NCBI GenBank assembly: GCA_015491865.1
Contig: WFVD01000007.1
Location: 5,994-69,993, forward strand
Reading direction: 5' to 3'
Length of the DNA stretch: 64,000 nucleotides
Source of the DNA: Gammaproteobacteria bacterium
GTDB taxonomy: Bacteria; Pseudomonadota; Gammaproteobacteria; SZUA-140
Shown: one piece after another, positions 23,871 through 34,152 of the stretch
Layout: the number at the start of each line of letters is the position of its first letter
Numbering within the stretch: the first letter of the stretch is position 1
Program-made: the position numbers and the translations under genes
Notes under the pieces: generated by a model
Told to the model about the DNA's origin: nothing
The model's database searches: none
Seen by the model: only the letters and a program-made list of their open reading frames with translations

Positions 23871-25115
23871 ATGAACACATTTTCAGTGGTATTTATACTC
23901 ATGGCACTGCTCACGCTCGGGGTTCAGCTATGGCTGGCGCTGCGCCAGAAAAACTGCGTTGCCCATCACCGTGAAACAGTTCCGCCACCATTCGACAGCA
24001 AGATCTCGCTGGAGGCGCATCATAAGGCAGCCGATTACACCACGACCAACATCAACCTTGAGATGATCGACCTCATTGTCGCCACTCTGCTGCTGTTCGT
24101 CTGGACCATCGGTGGCGGCCTCAACCTGCTGGATAATGCATGGCAGACCCTGGAGCTTTCACCGCTCACGACCGGTGTCGCCGTTCTGGTCAGCGCCTTT
24201 GTGATCGGCAGCCTGTTTGACCTCCCCATCTCCGCATATAAAACCTTTGTTATCGAAGAGCGCTTTGGCTTTAATAAAATCACCCCAAAACTGTTCGTGA
24301 CAGATACGCTCAAAACAACCGCGATTACACTCGTCTTTGGCATTCCTCTCGCATGGATTGTACTGTGGCTCATGCAGCAATCAGGCAGCCTGTGGTGGCT
24401 CTATGTATGGCTGGTGTGGATGGCATTTATCTTCTTTATGATGTGGGCCTACCCTGCATTCATCTCTCCTATCTTCAACAAGTTTCAGCCACTGGAAGAT
24501 CAGGCGCTGAGAGAGCGTATCGAAACCCTGATGGAGAAGAGCGGCTTTAGCAGCAACGGTATTTTTGTGATGGACGGGTCACGCCGTTCTGGTCACGGCA
24601 ACGCCTATTTTACCGGGCTCGGCACCAATAAACGAATCGTCTTTTACGATACGCTGATTGAATCGCTCTCCCCTGAAGAGATCGAGGCGGTGCTTGCCCA
24701 TGAGCTGGGCCACTTTAAACATGGCCATATCAAAAAACGGCTGATCTCTATGGCGGCGATGAGTCTCGCTGCGCTGGCACTACTCGGCTGGCTGATTAAT
24801 CAGCCGTGGTTTTTTCACGGTCTGGGAGTCGAGACCCCATCGACCCACACCGCACTGATGCTGTTTATGCTGGTGATGCCTGTCTTTACCTTTTTTATCG
24901 GCCCGATTATGTCGCGCATGTCACGTAAACATGAGTTTGAGGCCGATGACTTTGCTGCTGAACATGCCAATGCGGAAGATCTGATTCAGGCGCTGGTCAA
25001 AATGTATGAGGAGAATGCCGCAACGTTAACGCCAGACCACCTTTACTCTGCCTTTCATGACTCTCACCCGCCAGCTCCAGTGAGGATCGCACACCTCTCC
25101 AGAGAAAAGCGCTAA
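23871..25115 (+). CDS. M48 family (Ste24/HtpX-like) integral-membrane zinc metalloprotease
   Basis: Multiple TM helices, HELGHFKHGH zinc motif and a downstream EFEAD. 414 aa, with the Ste24-type N-terminal membrane domain. Confidence 0.88.
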   Translation: MNTFSVVFILMALLTLGVQLWLALRQKNCVAHHRETVPPPFDSKISLEAHHKAADYTTTNINLEMIDLIVATLLLFVWTIGGGLNLLDNAWQTLELSPLTTGVAVLVSAFVIGSLFDLPISAYKTFVIEERFGFNKITPKLFVTDTLKTTAITLVFGIPLAWIVLWLMQQSGSLWWLYVWLVWMAFIFFMMWAYPAFISPIFNKFQPLEDQALRERIETLMEKSGFSSNGIFVMDGSRRSGHGNAYFTGLGTNKRIVFYDTLIESLSPEEIEAVLAHELGHFKHGHIKKRLISMAAMSLAALALLGWLINQPWFFHGLGVETPSTHTALMLFMLVMPVFTFFIGPIMSRMSRKHEFEADDFAAEHANAEDLIQALVKMYEENAATLTPDHLYSAFHDSHPPAPVRIAHLSREKR

Positions 25116-25158
25116 CAGGTGTGGCCAGCACCCTTAACCCGACCAGGCAGCTGATGCG

Positions 25159-26073
25159 ATGATCACGTTTCCGACTGGATACAATGGGCTTGTGATTGCG
25201 CGCTACAGCAACTTTTATGCAGTAGAAGATAGCGACGGTAAGATTACTCAGTGTGTCAGCCGCAAAAAAATATCACCACTGTGCGGCGATTTTGTCACCT
25301 GGGAGGTGAGCGGTGACGGCGGCGTCATCACCACACTGATGCCACGCCGCGGGATGTTAACCCGCCCGGACCGCCGCGGCCAGCCGAAAGAGACTGCGGC
25401 TAACATCGACCAGCTGATCATCGTCAACGCTATTCCTGATGTCGGTGATGAACAGGCTCACTATGCGTTCAACACGGCGTTGACGGATCGCTACATCGTC
25501 GCAACAGAGCTGCTGGGAGCGACGCCGCTGGTCCTGCTCAACAAATGTGATCTGGCATCACCAGAGACAATTGAGCGGATGGAGAAGGCGCTCAGCATCT
25601 ACCAGAACATTGGCTATACAACCTTACTGACAAGTACAAAAGCAGCGATCGGCATTGAGGCGCTCAACGCCCGGCTCTGCAATAAAACCAGCATCTTTGT
25701 CGGTGAGTCTGGCGCGGGAAAGTCATCCTTGATCAACGCCATCATGCCGCAACTCGCCATTCGCACCAATGAGGTCTCGGCACATTCGGGGCTGGGAAAA
25801 CATACCACCACAACCACCGTGCTCTACCACTTGCCGCTAGGGGGGCACCTGATCGATTCACCGGGTGTACGTGAATTTGGCCTGTGGAAAGTGAACGCAG
25901 AGCAGCTTGCGCAAGGCTTTAAAGAGTTTAAGCCCTACCTGGGCAGGTGTAAATTCAGAAACTGTAGCCACCGCCGTAACGCAGGTTGCGCAATTGAAGC
26001 GGCAGCAGGGGCGGGAAAAATCAGTTCAGTTCGAATGGCAAGCTACCATAAGCTCTACGATGAGCTTCAATAG
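25159..26073 (+). CDS. rsgA: ribosome small-subunit-dependent GTPase A
   Basis: Circularly permuted GTPase: NKCDL precedes GESGAGKSSLINAI. C-terminal zinc knuckle CKFRNCSHRRNAGC. Confidence 0.94.
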   Translation: MITFPTGYNGLVIARYSNFYAVEDSDGKITQCVSRKKISPLCGDFVTWEVSGDGGVITTLMPRRGMLTRPDRRGQPKETAANIDQLIIVNAIPDVGDEQAHYAFNTALTDRYIVATELLGATPLVLLNKCDLASPETIERMEKALSIYQNIGYTTLLTSTKAAIGIEALNARLCNKTSIFVGESGAGKSSLINAIMPQLAIRTNEVSAHSGLGKHTTTTTVLYHLPLGGHLIDSPGVREFGLWKVNAEQLAQGFKEFKPYLGRCKFRNCSHRRNAGCAIEAAAGAGKISSVRMASYHKLYDELQ

Positions 26074-26098
26074 TAGCTGCCAGTACCTGGCCGGGCAG

Positions 26099-26596
26099 TC
26101 AGGAACTCATTTTCATTGACGGCTCAATAGGCGGCTGAGCCATCGGCTGCTCGACAATATTGATCGATTTGAATGAGGCAGCAAGCTCGTCACGGTTGGT
26201 CAGTACGTCGGCCAGCGTGTAGCGATCCAGCACCGCAAGAAAGTTACGGCTTGCCTCTTTAAGCGCCCCTTTTAATGCACACACCGGCGTAATTGGGCAA
26301 CTACTATCATCACGCTCAAAACATTCAACGATGTTAAAATTATTTTCCGTAGCACGCACGACAGTACCGATATTAATTTCATCCGGTGAAAATGCCAGCC
26401 GCATTCCACCACCCTTCCCGCGCACGGTATGGATAAAACCGTTATTTGAAAGGTTGTGAACCACTTTAACCAGGTGGTTACGAGAGATGGCGTAATTATC
26501 TGAAATTTCGGTAATCGTTGATAGCCCCTCATCATCTTTCAGGCCAAGATATACCAGTACACGTAGTGAATAATCTGTATAAAGTGTTAACTGCAT
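26099..26596 (-). CDS. nsrR: Rrf2-family transcriptional regulator, NsrR-like
   Basis: wHTH N-terminus MQLTLYTDYSLRVLVYLG and a three-Cys cluster, CFERDDSSCPITPVC. Confidence 0.75.
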   Translation of the reverse strand: MQLTLYTDYSLRVLVYLGLKDDEGLSTITEISDNYAISRNHLVKVVHNLSNNGFIHTVRGKGGGMRLAFSPDEINIGTVVRATENNFNIVECFERDDSSCPITPVCALKGALKEASRNFLAVLDRYTLADVLTNRDELAASFKSINIVEQPMAQPPIEPSMKMSS

Positions 26597-26859
26597 TCTT
26601 TACCTTTACCTTGAAACCACTCGCATTAGCAGCAGCCCCTTTCGTCGAAAATATTCAGCTCTCATTCAGCTTGAGTATATCAAGACTACATAAAAAGAGG
26701 GGGAATAAATAACCAAAATCCCCTATGTATTCCGCAACGTTATAATTCAGACCAGCATAGCGCTCTCAATCTGCCAGTGAAACATATCACAACATCCCGT
26801 GTCACGCCCCCTCTCTTTCGCCCCAGTAGAGGGCTTGCCGGAAGGGGAGGCAGCTCCCG

Positions 26860-27456
26860 TTAAACCTCTCTCCGCCCGGCAAAGGCGTGAGTTAATGTGC
26901 CACCATCAACATATTCAAGCTCACCGCCAAATGGCACACCGTATGCGATCCGCGTCGATTTTATCCCACGCAGGCGCGCAAGCTCTGCAATATAGTGTGA
27001 TGTGGCCTCGCCTTCTACGGTGGGGTTTGCCGCAAGAATCACCTCTTTCACCTCACCACCATCGAGTCGCTGTGCAAGATGGTCAAGCCCAATATCGTCT
27101 GGCCCGATACCATCAATTGGCGACAGGTGGCCCATCAATACAAAATAGAGCCCACGATAAGCGGCCGACTGTTCAACGGCCTGCACATCGGCAGGCATCT
27201 CCACCACACAGAGCTGGCTATGATCGCGCTTCTGGTTGGCACAGATACGGCACACATCATCTTCGCTTAAGGTACGACAGACACGGCAGTTACCAACATG
27301 ATCCGCTGCTGCCAGCAGCGCATGTGCCAGCCGCCTGGCGCCGTTGCGGTCACGCTCCAGCAGATGAAAAGTCATCCGCTGCGCCGATTTCGGGCCGACT
27401 CCCGGCAGACAGCGCAACGCCTCAACCAGCCGCCCAATCAGTGAGCGATCTACCAT
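26860..27456 (-). CDS. recR: recombination mediator RecR
   Basis: HhH N-terminus [11 protein letters not shown], zinc finger [16 protein letters not shown] and a Toprim domain. Confidence 0.96.
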   Translation of the reverse strand: MVDRSLIGRLVEALRCLPGVGPKSAQRMTFHLLERDRNGARRLAHALLAAADHVGNCRVCRTLSEDDVCRICANQKRDHSQLCVVEMPADVQAVEQSAAYRGLYFVLMGHLSPIDGIGPDDIGLDHLAQRLDGGEVKEVILAANPTVEGEATSHYIAELARLRGIKSTRIAYGVPFGGELEYVDGGTLTHAFAGRREV

Positions 27457-27502
27457 TGCTCAACAACCGATGCTGAGGCGGCTAACGACAACGCCACAAA
27501 CA

Positions 27503-27826
27503 TTAGAACGGCAGTTTCATTCCGGGGGGAAGCGGCATACCACTGGTCATGCTGGCCATCCGTTCCTGGCTCACTTTTTCAACTTTGCGCACGGCATCAT
27601 TAACCGCAGCGGCAATCAGATCTTCCAGCATCTCTTTGTCATCTTTTAACAGACTATCGTCAATGGAGACACGGCGCACATCATGGCGCCCAGTCATCAC
27701 GATGCTAACCATATCGCCGCCAGCCTGACCGGTCACTTCCATATTGGCCAGCTCTTCCTGCGCCTTCTGCATATCTTCCTGCATCTGCTGCGCCTGTTTC
27801 ATCAAGTTACCCAAGCCACCTTTCAT
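27503..27826 (-). CDS. ybaB: YbaB/EbfC nucleoid-associated protein
   Basis: [26 protein letters not shown]...; 107 aa, within dnaX-ybaB-recR. Confidence 0.95.
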   Translation of the reverse strand: MKGGLGNLMKQAQQMQEDMQKAQEELANMEVTGQAGGDMVSIVMTGRHDVRRVSIDDSLLKDDKEMLEDLIAAAVNDAVRKVEKVSQERMASMTSGMPLPPGMKLPF

Positions 27827-27895
27827 TATCTCTTTCCTCTCTCAAATATAAAAAACAGATCTAAAAATTTACGAATGATTACGACCACAACCGCT

Positions 27896-29491
27896 TCAGT
27901 CCACGGGGTTTACCGACTCCACAATCACCTTTGCGCCGAAGGCCTCCTGGAGTGATTGTACATTAGTATCCGCTTCAATCGCTTCAAGCGCTGTCTGTTT
28001 ACGTTCACCCGCAACACGCGCCTGCTTCGATGCGGGTGTCTCAGCTTGCGGTGCGCCCACCGTCATCACCAGCTTTAATTTCTGGCCAAAGTGTTGCTGT
28101 AACGCCGCTTCAAAACGCTGTTCAAACTTCTCATTACGCAGATGCGCATGGCCAGCATCCAGCAGTAACGTAATCACCCTGTCACTTCGCTCAACCAGCG
28201 ATGAGTTCACTGCGAGGCTACGCACCGCACCGCTCAAATTAAGGGCGGCAACCACTTCACTCCACTCATGAGCAGCCGTGGTCACCGAGGCTGTGGAGGT
28301 TACGCTTTTCACCTCTGATGCTGCGGCAGGTACCCCCCCTGTGGAGCCAGGCTGCGCCACCGTTGTGCCGCTCCCGTTCGGGTTCGGTGCTGATGGTGTC
28401 ACCGTACTGGCAGGCTGAAAGGCCAGCATGCGCAGCAGCACCATCTCAAACCCAGCGCGAGCCTCCGGCGCTAATTCCAGATCGCGCCGCCCCAGTAGTG
28501 CGATCTGGTAAAAGAGCTGGGTATCTTCAGCGCTCAGCTGTGCTGCCAATGCAAGCAGTTCATCGCGCCCTGCGGTCTCATCTCCCAGCGCAGTCGGTAC
28601 CGCCTGCACCAGTGCGACCTGATGCAGCACACTGATCATCGCTGCCAGTACAGCGCCAAAGTCTGGTGACTGCTGTGCCAGCGTATCGACCTCCTGCAGC
28701 AGCGCTGCGCCATTTTTATCGGCCAGATGCTGCAGCAAGGTCATTACATGATGCTGATCAATGGTGCCGAGCATCTCGCGCACTTCAGCCACTTCGAGCT
28801 TGCCACCACCAAAGGCGATCGCCTGATCCAGCAGGCTCAACGCGTCTCGCATACTGCCATCAGCCGAATGTGCCAGCAGTGTCAGCGAAGACAGGTCAAA
28901 TTCGATCTTCTCTTCACCCAGCACAAAGGCGAGGTGCTCTCTAATTAATTTCTGTGATAGGCGTTTCAGGTTAAACTGCAGGCAGCGCGATAGAACTGTC
29001 ACCGGCAGGCGCTGTGGGTCAGTCGTAGCCAGTAAAAATTTCACATGTGGCGGCGGCTCTTCCAGCGTCTTCAACAGTGCGTTGAAGCTGTGGGTCGAGA
29101 GCATGTGCACCTCATCGATCAGGTAGACCTTGTAGCGCCCACGGGTCGGCGCGTACTGCACATTCTCCAGCAGTTCACGCGTATCTTCGACTTTGGTACG
29201 CGACGCCGCATCCACCTCAATCAGATCGATAAAACGCCCTTCGTCAATCTCACTACAGGCGCTACATTGTCCGCAGGGTTTGGAGCTCACACCGGTTTCA
29301 CAATTCAGCGATTTGGCAAGAATACGAGCGATCGTCGTCTTACCCACCCCACGGGTACCGGTAAAAAGGAAGGCGTGATGCAGGCGATCATTATCCAGCG
29401 CATTAATAATGGCGCGCAGCACATGCTCCTGCCCAGCCATCTCGGCAAACACTCTGGGCCGCCACTTACGCGCAATGACTTGATAACTCAT
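27896..29491 (-). CDS. dnaX: DNA polymerase III subunit gamma/tau
   Basis: Walker A GTRGVGKTT, zinc module CGQCSACSEI, SRC motif LSRCLQF; 531 aa. Confidence 0.95.
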   Translation of the reverse strand: MSYQVIARKWRPRVFAEMAGQEHVLRAIINALDNDRLHHAFLFTGTRGVGKTTIARILAKSLNCETGVSSKPCGQCSACSEIDEGRFIDLIEVDAASRTKVEDTRELLENVQYAPTRGRYKVYLIDEVHMLSTHSFNALLKTLEEPPPHVKFLLATTDPQRLPVTVLSRCLQFNLKRLSQKLIREHLAFVLGEEKIEFDLSSLTLLAHSADGSMRDALSLLDQAIAFGGGKLEVAEVREMLGTIDQHHVMTLLQHLADKNGAALLQEVDTLAQQSPDFGAVLAAMISVLHQVALVQAVPTALGDETAGRDELLALAAQLSAEDTQLFYQIALLGRRDLELAPEARAGFEMVLLRMLAFQPASTVTPSAPNPNGSGTTVAQPGSTGGVPAAASEVKSVTSTASVTTAAHEWSEVVAALNLSGAVRSLAVNSSLVERSDRVITLLLDAGHAHLRNEKFEQRFEAALQQHFGQKLKLVMTVGAPQAETPASKQARVAGERKQTALEAIEADTNVQSLQEAFGAKVIVESVNPVD

Positions 29492-29703
29492 AAATTTATT
29501 TTCGTGGGCTACGCCGGCTCATTAATCGAAGCCGACCATTCTACCCTAAATTCAGAGCATTCCCATATAATGAAATGCGGCGATTTCAGCACACCCTGAG
29601 TTGTTCGATTCCCGAGCAGAGATTAGCGGCTTACAACTGTAAATAAGCATTTGAAACGCCATCATCGGGCAAATCAGAGCACACAAGAATGACTATAGAA
29701 ATG

Positions 29704-29817
29704 GAGGCGACCCGTACCCACCACACCCCGGCACACGGGGCCACTGCTGCCGCTGCTCCCTTCCAGGCCTGACGGGGTTCACAGTTTACCGTTGCGAGGG
29801 GGCCGATACAGGCCACC
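29704..29817 (-). ncRNA. ffs: signal recognition particle RNA (4.5S RNA)
   Basis: The minus strand reads ...CCCGUCAGGCCUGGAAGGGAGCAGC...GUGUGCCGGGGUG..., matching the conserved 4.5S domain IV. The 5' GGUGGCCUGUAUC pairs (with G-U) with the 3' GGUACGGGUCGCC. Ends are good to about +/-5 nt. Confidence 0.85.
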
Positions 29818-29831
29818 ATAAACTTTAATCA

Positions 29832-29921
29832 TGGCGGAGAGAGAGGGATTCGAACCCTCGGTACGCGCAAACGTACACACACTTTCCAGGCGTGCTCCTT
29901 CGACCACTCGGACATCTCTCC
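29832..29921 (-). tRNA. tRNA-Ser (anticodon GGA)
   Basis: Folded by hand. Acceptor GGAGAGA/UCUCUCC; anticodon stem CACGC/GUGUG with loop CUGGAAA. Long variable arm, T-loop GUUCGAAUC, encoded CCA. Confidence 0.93.
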
Positions 29922-30363
29922 TTATTATCTGCGCGATGATGCCACGAGACAAGGCGCAGAAGATTAAAGCAGGCGCCTCTTCTATGCAAACAATAATTTA
30001 ACGGGTAACCGAACGATAAGAGAAAATCGCTGTCGAATTGTTTCAGCGCAACAGAATAATAATCCTAATTTCAATGAATTATCGATTGATGCACAAATAA
30101 ATAGTTCATGTAAAAACAGTGGCGGTCAATTTTTTGTCATAACAATAATACTGTTATTTCATTGAGTTAGGAGCACAACACCGTATGAAGCCAAAATTAC
30201 CTTTGTCCACTCGGTCGAATCGTATAAAATGTGCCCAACTTGAATACAGGGTTATTTGCCTTTTTGAGCATTGCCACCGCATTCATGAGGACTGAACAGC
30301 AGGGAGCGGTCCTAAAGATAGACAGCATTTTTAATAAGCGTCGTTGGGATTGAACTCTATACA

Positions 30364-31836
30364 ATGAAACAGCATCGATTACAGAGCAGCCCACTCCAGC
30401 GCCTCATCGCCCTGGTGATTGCCACTGCATCCAGCCTGACGCTGACAGGCTGCGTCGACACCCCATCAACGCTTGAGCAGGTTAAAAGCCAGGGTGAGCT
30501 GGTCATTGTTACCCGCAACGGCCCAACGACTTACTATGAAGGCCCTTTCGGCCCGACCGGCCCTGAATATGACATTGCCAAACTCTTTGCTGACCACCTC
30601 GGCGTTAAGCTGCGGGTAAAAATAGCATCTAACTTCAACGACATCATTCCGATGGTAGCAGAGCGTGAAGCGCACCTTGCGGCAGCAGGTCTGACCATCA
30701 CCAACGAACGTAGAAGTCGGGTGCGTTTTAGTTCTGCCTATCAAACCATCTCACAACAGGTGGTCTATCGTTCGAGCGATAACCGCCCAGAAAGCCTGCA
30801 CGACATCACTGGCACCACCCTGGAAGTGATCGCCGGTAGCAGCCATGCGGCGCGTCTTCAAAAAGTTAGCAAGCAGTATCCGCAGCTGAGCTGGTCGGAA
30901 ACCAACGAGATCGACAGTGATGAACTGTTATCAAAGGTGTGGAAAAAAGAGACGCGCTTTGCCATTGCCGACTCGAACGAGGTGCAGATGAATCAGCGTT
31001 TCTACCCGGAACTGCGCGTCGCCTTCGATTTCACCGGCCCACAACAGCTTGCATGGGCGTTCCCGCTTGGTAATGACCACAGCCTCTACCTGGAAGCCCA
31101 GCAGTTCTTCAAAATGATAAAACAGAATGGACAGCTCAATCAGATCATGGAGCGCCATTACGGCCATATTCAGGATTTTGATTATGTGGGTACCCGCACT
31201 TTTATGCGCCATATCAATCAACGCCTGCCGCGCTATATGAAGTACTTCCATGAGGCGGCAGAAAAAAACAGGATGGACTGGCGCCTACTGGCGGCGGTCG
31301 GCTATCAGGAGTCGCACTGGAATTCACGCGCAATCTCGCCAACCGGTGTGCGCGGCATCATGATGCTCACCCGCGCGACAGCTGCCGATATGGGCTACGA
31401 AAATCGCATCAAGCCTCGTAACAGTATTCTGGGCGGCGGGCGCTACCTTGCTCAGCTGAAAAAACGCCTGCCTAAGCGTATTCCCGACCCGGATCGCACC
31501 TGGTTTGCACTGGCGGCCTATAACATCGGCATGGGGCATCTGCATGATGCGCGCATCATCACTCAAAAGCGGGGCGGCAATCCGGACAAGTGGATCGACG
31601 TCAAGGAGAATCTACCGCTGCTGATGCAGAAACGCTGGTATAAAAACACCAAATACGGCTATGCACGCGGTAATGAGGCGCTGCGTTATGTTGAGAACAT
31701 CCGTAGCTACTATGACATTCTGGTATGGAGAACGGAGAACGGGAAACTGGATCGCCCACTTAAAATTACACAGGTGAAGCCAGTGCAGCACTCAGTTTTT
31801 GATCGCGGCCGCTCGGTTATGCCCGCGGTGATGTAG
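30364..31836 (+). CDS. mltF: membrane-bound lytic murein transglycosylase F
   Basis: Lipoprotein-type signal (LTLTGC), an N-terminal solute-binding-like domain and a C-terminal SLT domain (GYQESHWN, AYNIGMGH). Confidence 0.92.
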   Translation: MKQHRLQSSPLQRLIALVIATASSLTLTGCVDTPSTLEQVKSQGELVIVTRNGPTTYYEGPFGPTGPEYDIAKLFADHLGVKLRVKIASNFNDIIPMVAEREAHLAAAGLTITNERRSRVRFSSAYQTISQQVVYRSSDNRPESLHDITGTTLEVIAGSSHAARLQKVSKQYPQLSWSETNEIDSDELLSKVWKKETRFAIADSNEVQMNQRFYPELRVAFDFTGPQQLAWAFPLGNDHSLYLEAQQFFKMIKQNGQLNQIMERHYGHIQDFDYVGTRTFMRHINQRLPRYMKYFHEAAEKNRMDWRLLAAVGYQESHWNSRAISPTGVRGIMMLTRATAADMGYENRIKPRNSILGGGRYLAQLKKRLPKRIPDPDRTWFALAAYNIGMGHLHDARIITQKRGGNPDKWIDVKENLPLLMQKRWYKNTKYGYARGNEALRYVENIRSYYDILVWRTENGKLDRPLKITQVKPVQHSVFDRGRSVMPAVM

Positions 31837-31850
31837 CCCAGCATTGCGCT

Positions 31851-32369
<519 letters not shown>

Positions 32370-32501
32370 CTACCGCCACAAAGGGCTTACGAGCCAAAAA
32401 AGCACCCTGTACAACATCAACGCACCTCAAATGGGCAGCCTGCCCCCATCAAACTGGCTAACAACACTCTTTACCTGCTGTTTTAACTAAAATCAACAGA
32501 A

Positions 32502-32517
32502 TGGCACACAACTTGCT
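32502..32517 (+). promoter_or_regulatory. sigma54 (RpoN) -24/-12 promoter upstream of the NarK-type transporter
   Basis: TGGCAC-ACAAC-TTGCT matches the TGGCAC-N5-TTGCW consensus, with the GG-to-GC offset of exactly 12 nt. It lies 42 bp upstream of ATG 32559. Confidence 0.7.
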
Positions 32518-32558
32518 TAGTAGGAGCGCATTACCACTCTCGCAACGGAGCGACAACC

Positions 32559-34046
32559 ATGTCACCAGCCAGTAACACCGATCATTCGAAATTTACCCTG
32601 CTCGGATTTTCCGGTAAAACACGCATCCTGCACCTGACCTGGTTTGCCTTCTTTATGTCATTTGTGGTCTGGCTGGGACTCGGCCCCCTGATGCCCTTTA
32701 TCCAGGAAGGGCTCTCCCTGACAGAGCAACAGGCCAAAGTGCTGCTGATTCTTAACGTCGCCCTCACCATTCCGGCGCGCGTTATTGTCGGCATGCTGGT
32801 GGACAAATATGGGCCGCGCATCATGTACTGTGCGATCCTTCTTCTCGGCGGAATCATCAGTATCGCTTTCGCCTGGGCTAACAGCTACGAAGCACTCGCG
32901 ATCTTACGCTTTCTCTGCGGCTTTATCGGCGCGGGCTTTGTGGTCGGCATCCGCATGATCAGCGAATGGTACCCTGCTAAACAGACCGGCATTGCACAGG
33001 GGATCTACGGCGGCTGGGGTAACTTCGGCGCTGCGGGTGCATCGGTCACACTACCGTTCATCGCCTCCTCGATTGGCGGTGACGACAGCTGGCGCATCGC
33101 GATTACCGCTGCCAGCATCGCTGCCATCGCCTACGGTCTGTTCTATTTTTTCAGCGTGACCGACACCCCTAAAGGATCAACCTATTTCAAACCGAAAAAA
33201 AGCGGTGCGATGGAGGTCACGAGTGGCGCTGACCTGATCCTCTATATGTTAATGAACATCCCGCTGTTCCTCGCACTAGGGGCGCTCACCTGGAAGCTTT
33301 CACCGGCACAGATGGGGCTGCTGGGTGATGCCACCTGCTATGCTATCTACGCCACACTACTCGCCATCTACCTGGCAAAGATCTGGAAGATCTGGCACGT
33401 CAATAGTCACGTACTTAAAAAGCCAGTACCTGCACTACACCGCTATAAGTTCAAACAGGTCGCCATTCTCGACTGGGCCTACCTGGTCACTTTTGGTACC
33501 GAACTGGCCGTGGTCTCAATACTGGCAATGTTCTATGTAGAGTGGTTTGAGCTTCCCAAAATCACAGCTGCACTGCTCGCCGGAATCTACCCCTTTATTA
33601 ACCTCGTGGCACGCCCTGGCGGTGGCTGGTTAAGCGACAACATCGGCCGCAAGCTGACATTGATCATCGTCTTTGCCGGCATCACCATTAGTTACCTGGT
33701 ACTAGGGATGGTTGAGCAGTCGTGGCCTGTCTGGCTGGTTGTCGCCATCACTATCTTTGCTGGCATCTTTTCAAAAGCGGGCTCGGGCGCCATCTTTGCA
33801 ATGGTACCACTGGTACAACGGCGCATGACCGGGCAGATCGCCGGCATGGCGGGTGCCTATGGAAACGTCGGTGCCGTCGCCTTTCTAACCGTGAATTCAC
33901 TGGTAGACTACGATCAGTTTTTCATGGTGATCGGCATTACGGCAGGCGTTGTCTTTGCTTTGATCCTCTTTTTTCTTGAGGAACCCAAAGGACAGATGGC
34001 CGAAACGATGCCTGACGGTACCGTACAGATGATCGACATTAAATAA
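32559..34046 (+). CDS. narK: MFS nitrate/nitrite porter (NNP family, NarK/NasA-type)
   Basis: 12 predicted TM helices and both NNP signature motifs, GGWGNFGAAG (TM5) and GAYGNVGAV (TM11); 495 aa. Confidence 0.85.
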   Translation: MSPASNTDHSKFTLLGFSGKTRILHLTWFAFFMSFVVWLGLGPLMPFIQEGLSLTEQQAKVLLILNVALTIPARVIVGMLVDKYGPRIMYCAILLLGGIISIAFAWANSYEALAILRFLCGFIGAGFVVGIRMISEWYPAKQTGIAQGIYGGWGNFGAAGASVTLPFIASSIGGDDSWRIAITAASIAAIAYGLFYFFSVTDTPKGSTYFKPKKSGAMEVTSGADLILYMLMNIPLFLALGALTWKLSPAQMGLLGDATCYAIYATLLAIYLAKIWKIWHVNSHVLKKPVPALHRYKFKQVAILDWAYLVTFGTELAVVSILAMFYVEWFELPKITAALLAGIYPFINLVARPGGGWLSDNIGRKLTLIIVFAGITISYLVLGMVEQSWPVWLVVAITIFAGIFSKAGSGAIFAMVPLVQRRMTGQIAGMAGAYGNVGAVAFLTVNSLVDYDQFFMVIGITAGVVFALILFFLEEPKGQMAETMPDGTVQMIDIK

Positions 34047-34055
34047 CCCCCTCAC

Positions 34056-34130
34056 CATCGCGTCGCGACCTGCGCCACTCTGGCTGCCGATCTGGTTACC
34101 AGCCTGGCCGCGACGCGATGCATTTTTATT
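34056..34130 (+). terminator. long hairpin + U tract between narK and the kinase gene (terminator or attenuator)
   Basis: CATCGCGTCGCG (34056-67) pairs perfectly with CGCGACGCGATG (34109-20). The interior is 41 nt, and CATTTTTATT follows. Confidence 0.55.
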
Positions 34131-34152
34131 GTAGATAAGGCAATATCCACAC

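Noticed and set aside
23797-23874. 25-codon upstream ORF ending in an ATGA overlap with the M48 protease start
   Set aside because: The M48 gene has its own GGAG SD. Any ORF in that frame must stop at an ATGA, and the region is the orn/M48 divergent promoter.
26799-27476. 225-aa plus-strand ORF
   Set aside because: It lies entirely opposite recR, which has a zinc finger and Toprim motifs. Its Arg/His/Pro-rich composition marks it as spurious.
27896-29491. Programmed -1 frameshift site in dnaX (A AAA AAG type, as in E. coli)
   Set aside because: I scanned the gene by eye for the slippery heptamer (CTTTTTT on the plus strand) and found none. The gene is also short at 531 aa. There is no evidence for gamma/tau frameshifting here.
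29922-30363. AT-rich 440-bp gap next to tRNA-Ser as a possible integration scar, with a 36-aa Cys/His ORF (about 30186-30296)
   Set aside because: The tRNA 3' end faces ffs, not this gap. I saw no integrase and no repeat of the tRNA 3' end. The region is more simply the divergent promoter space for the tRNA and mltF. The small ORF has an SD-like AGGAG at a poor 11-nt spacing and no other support.
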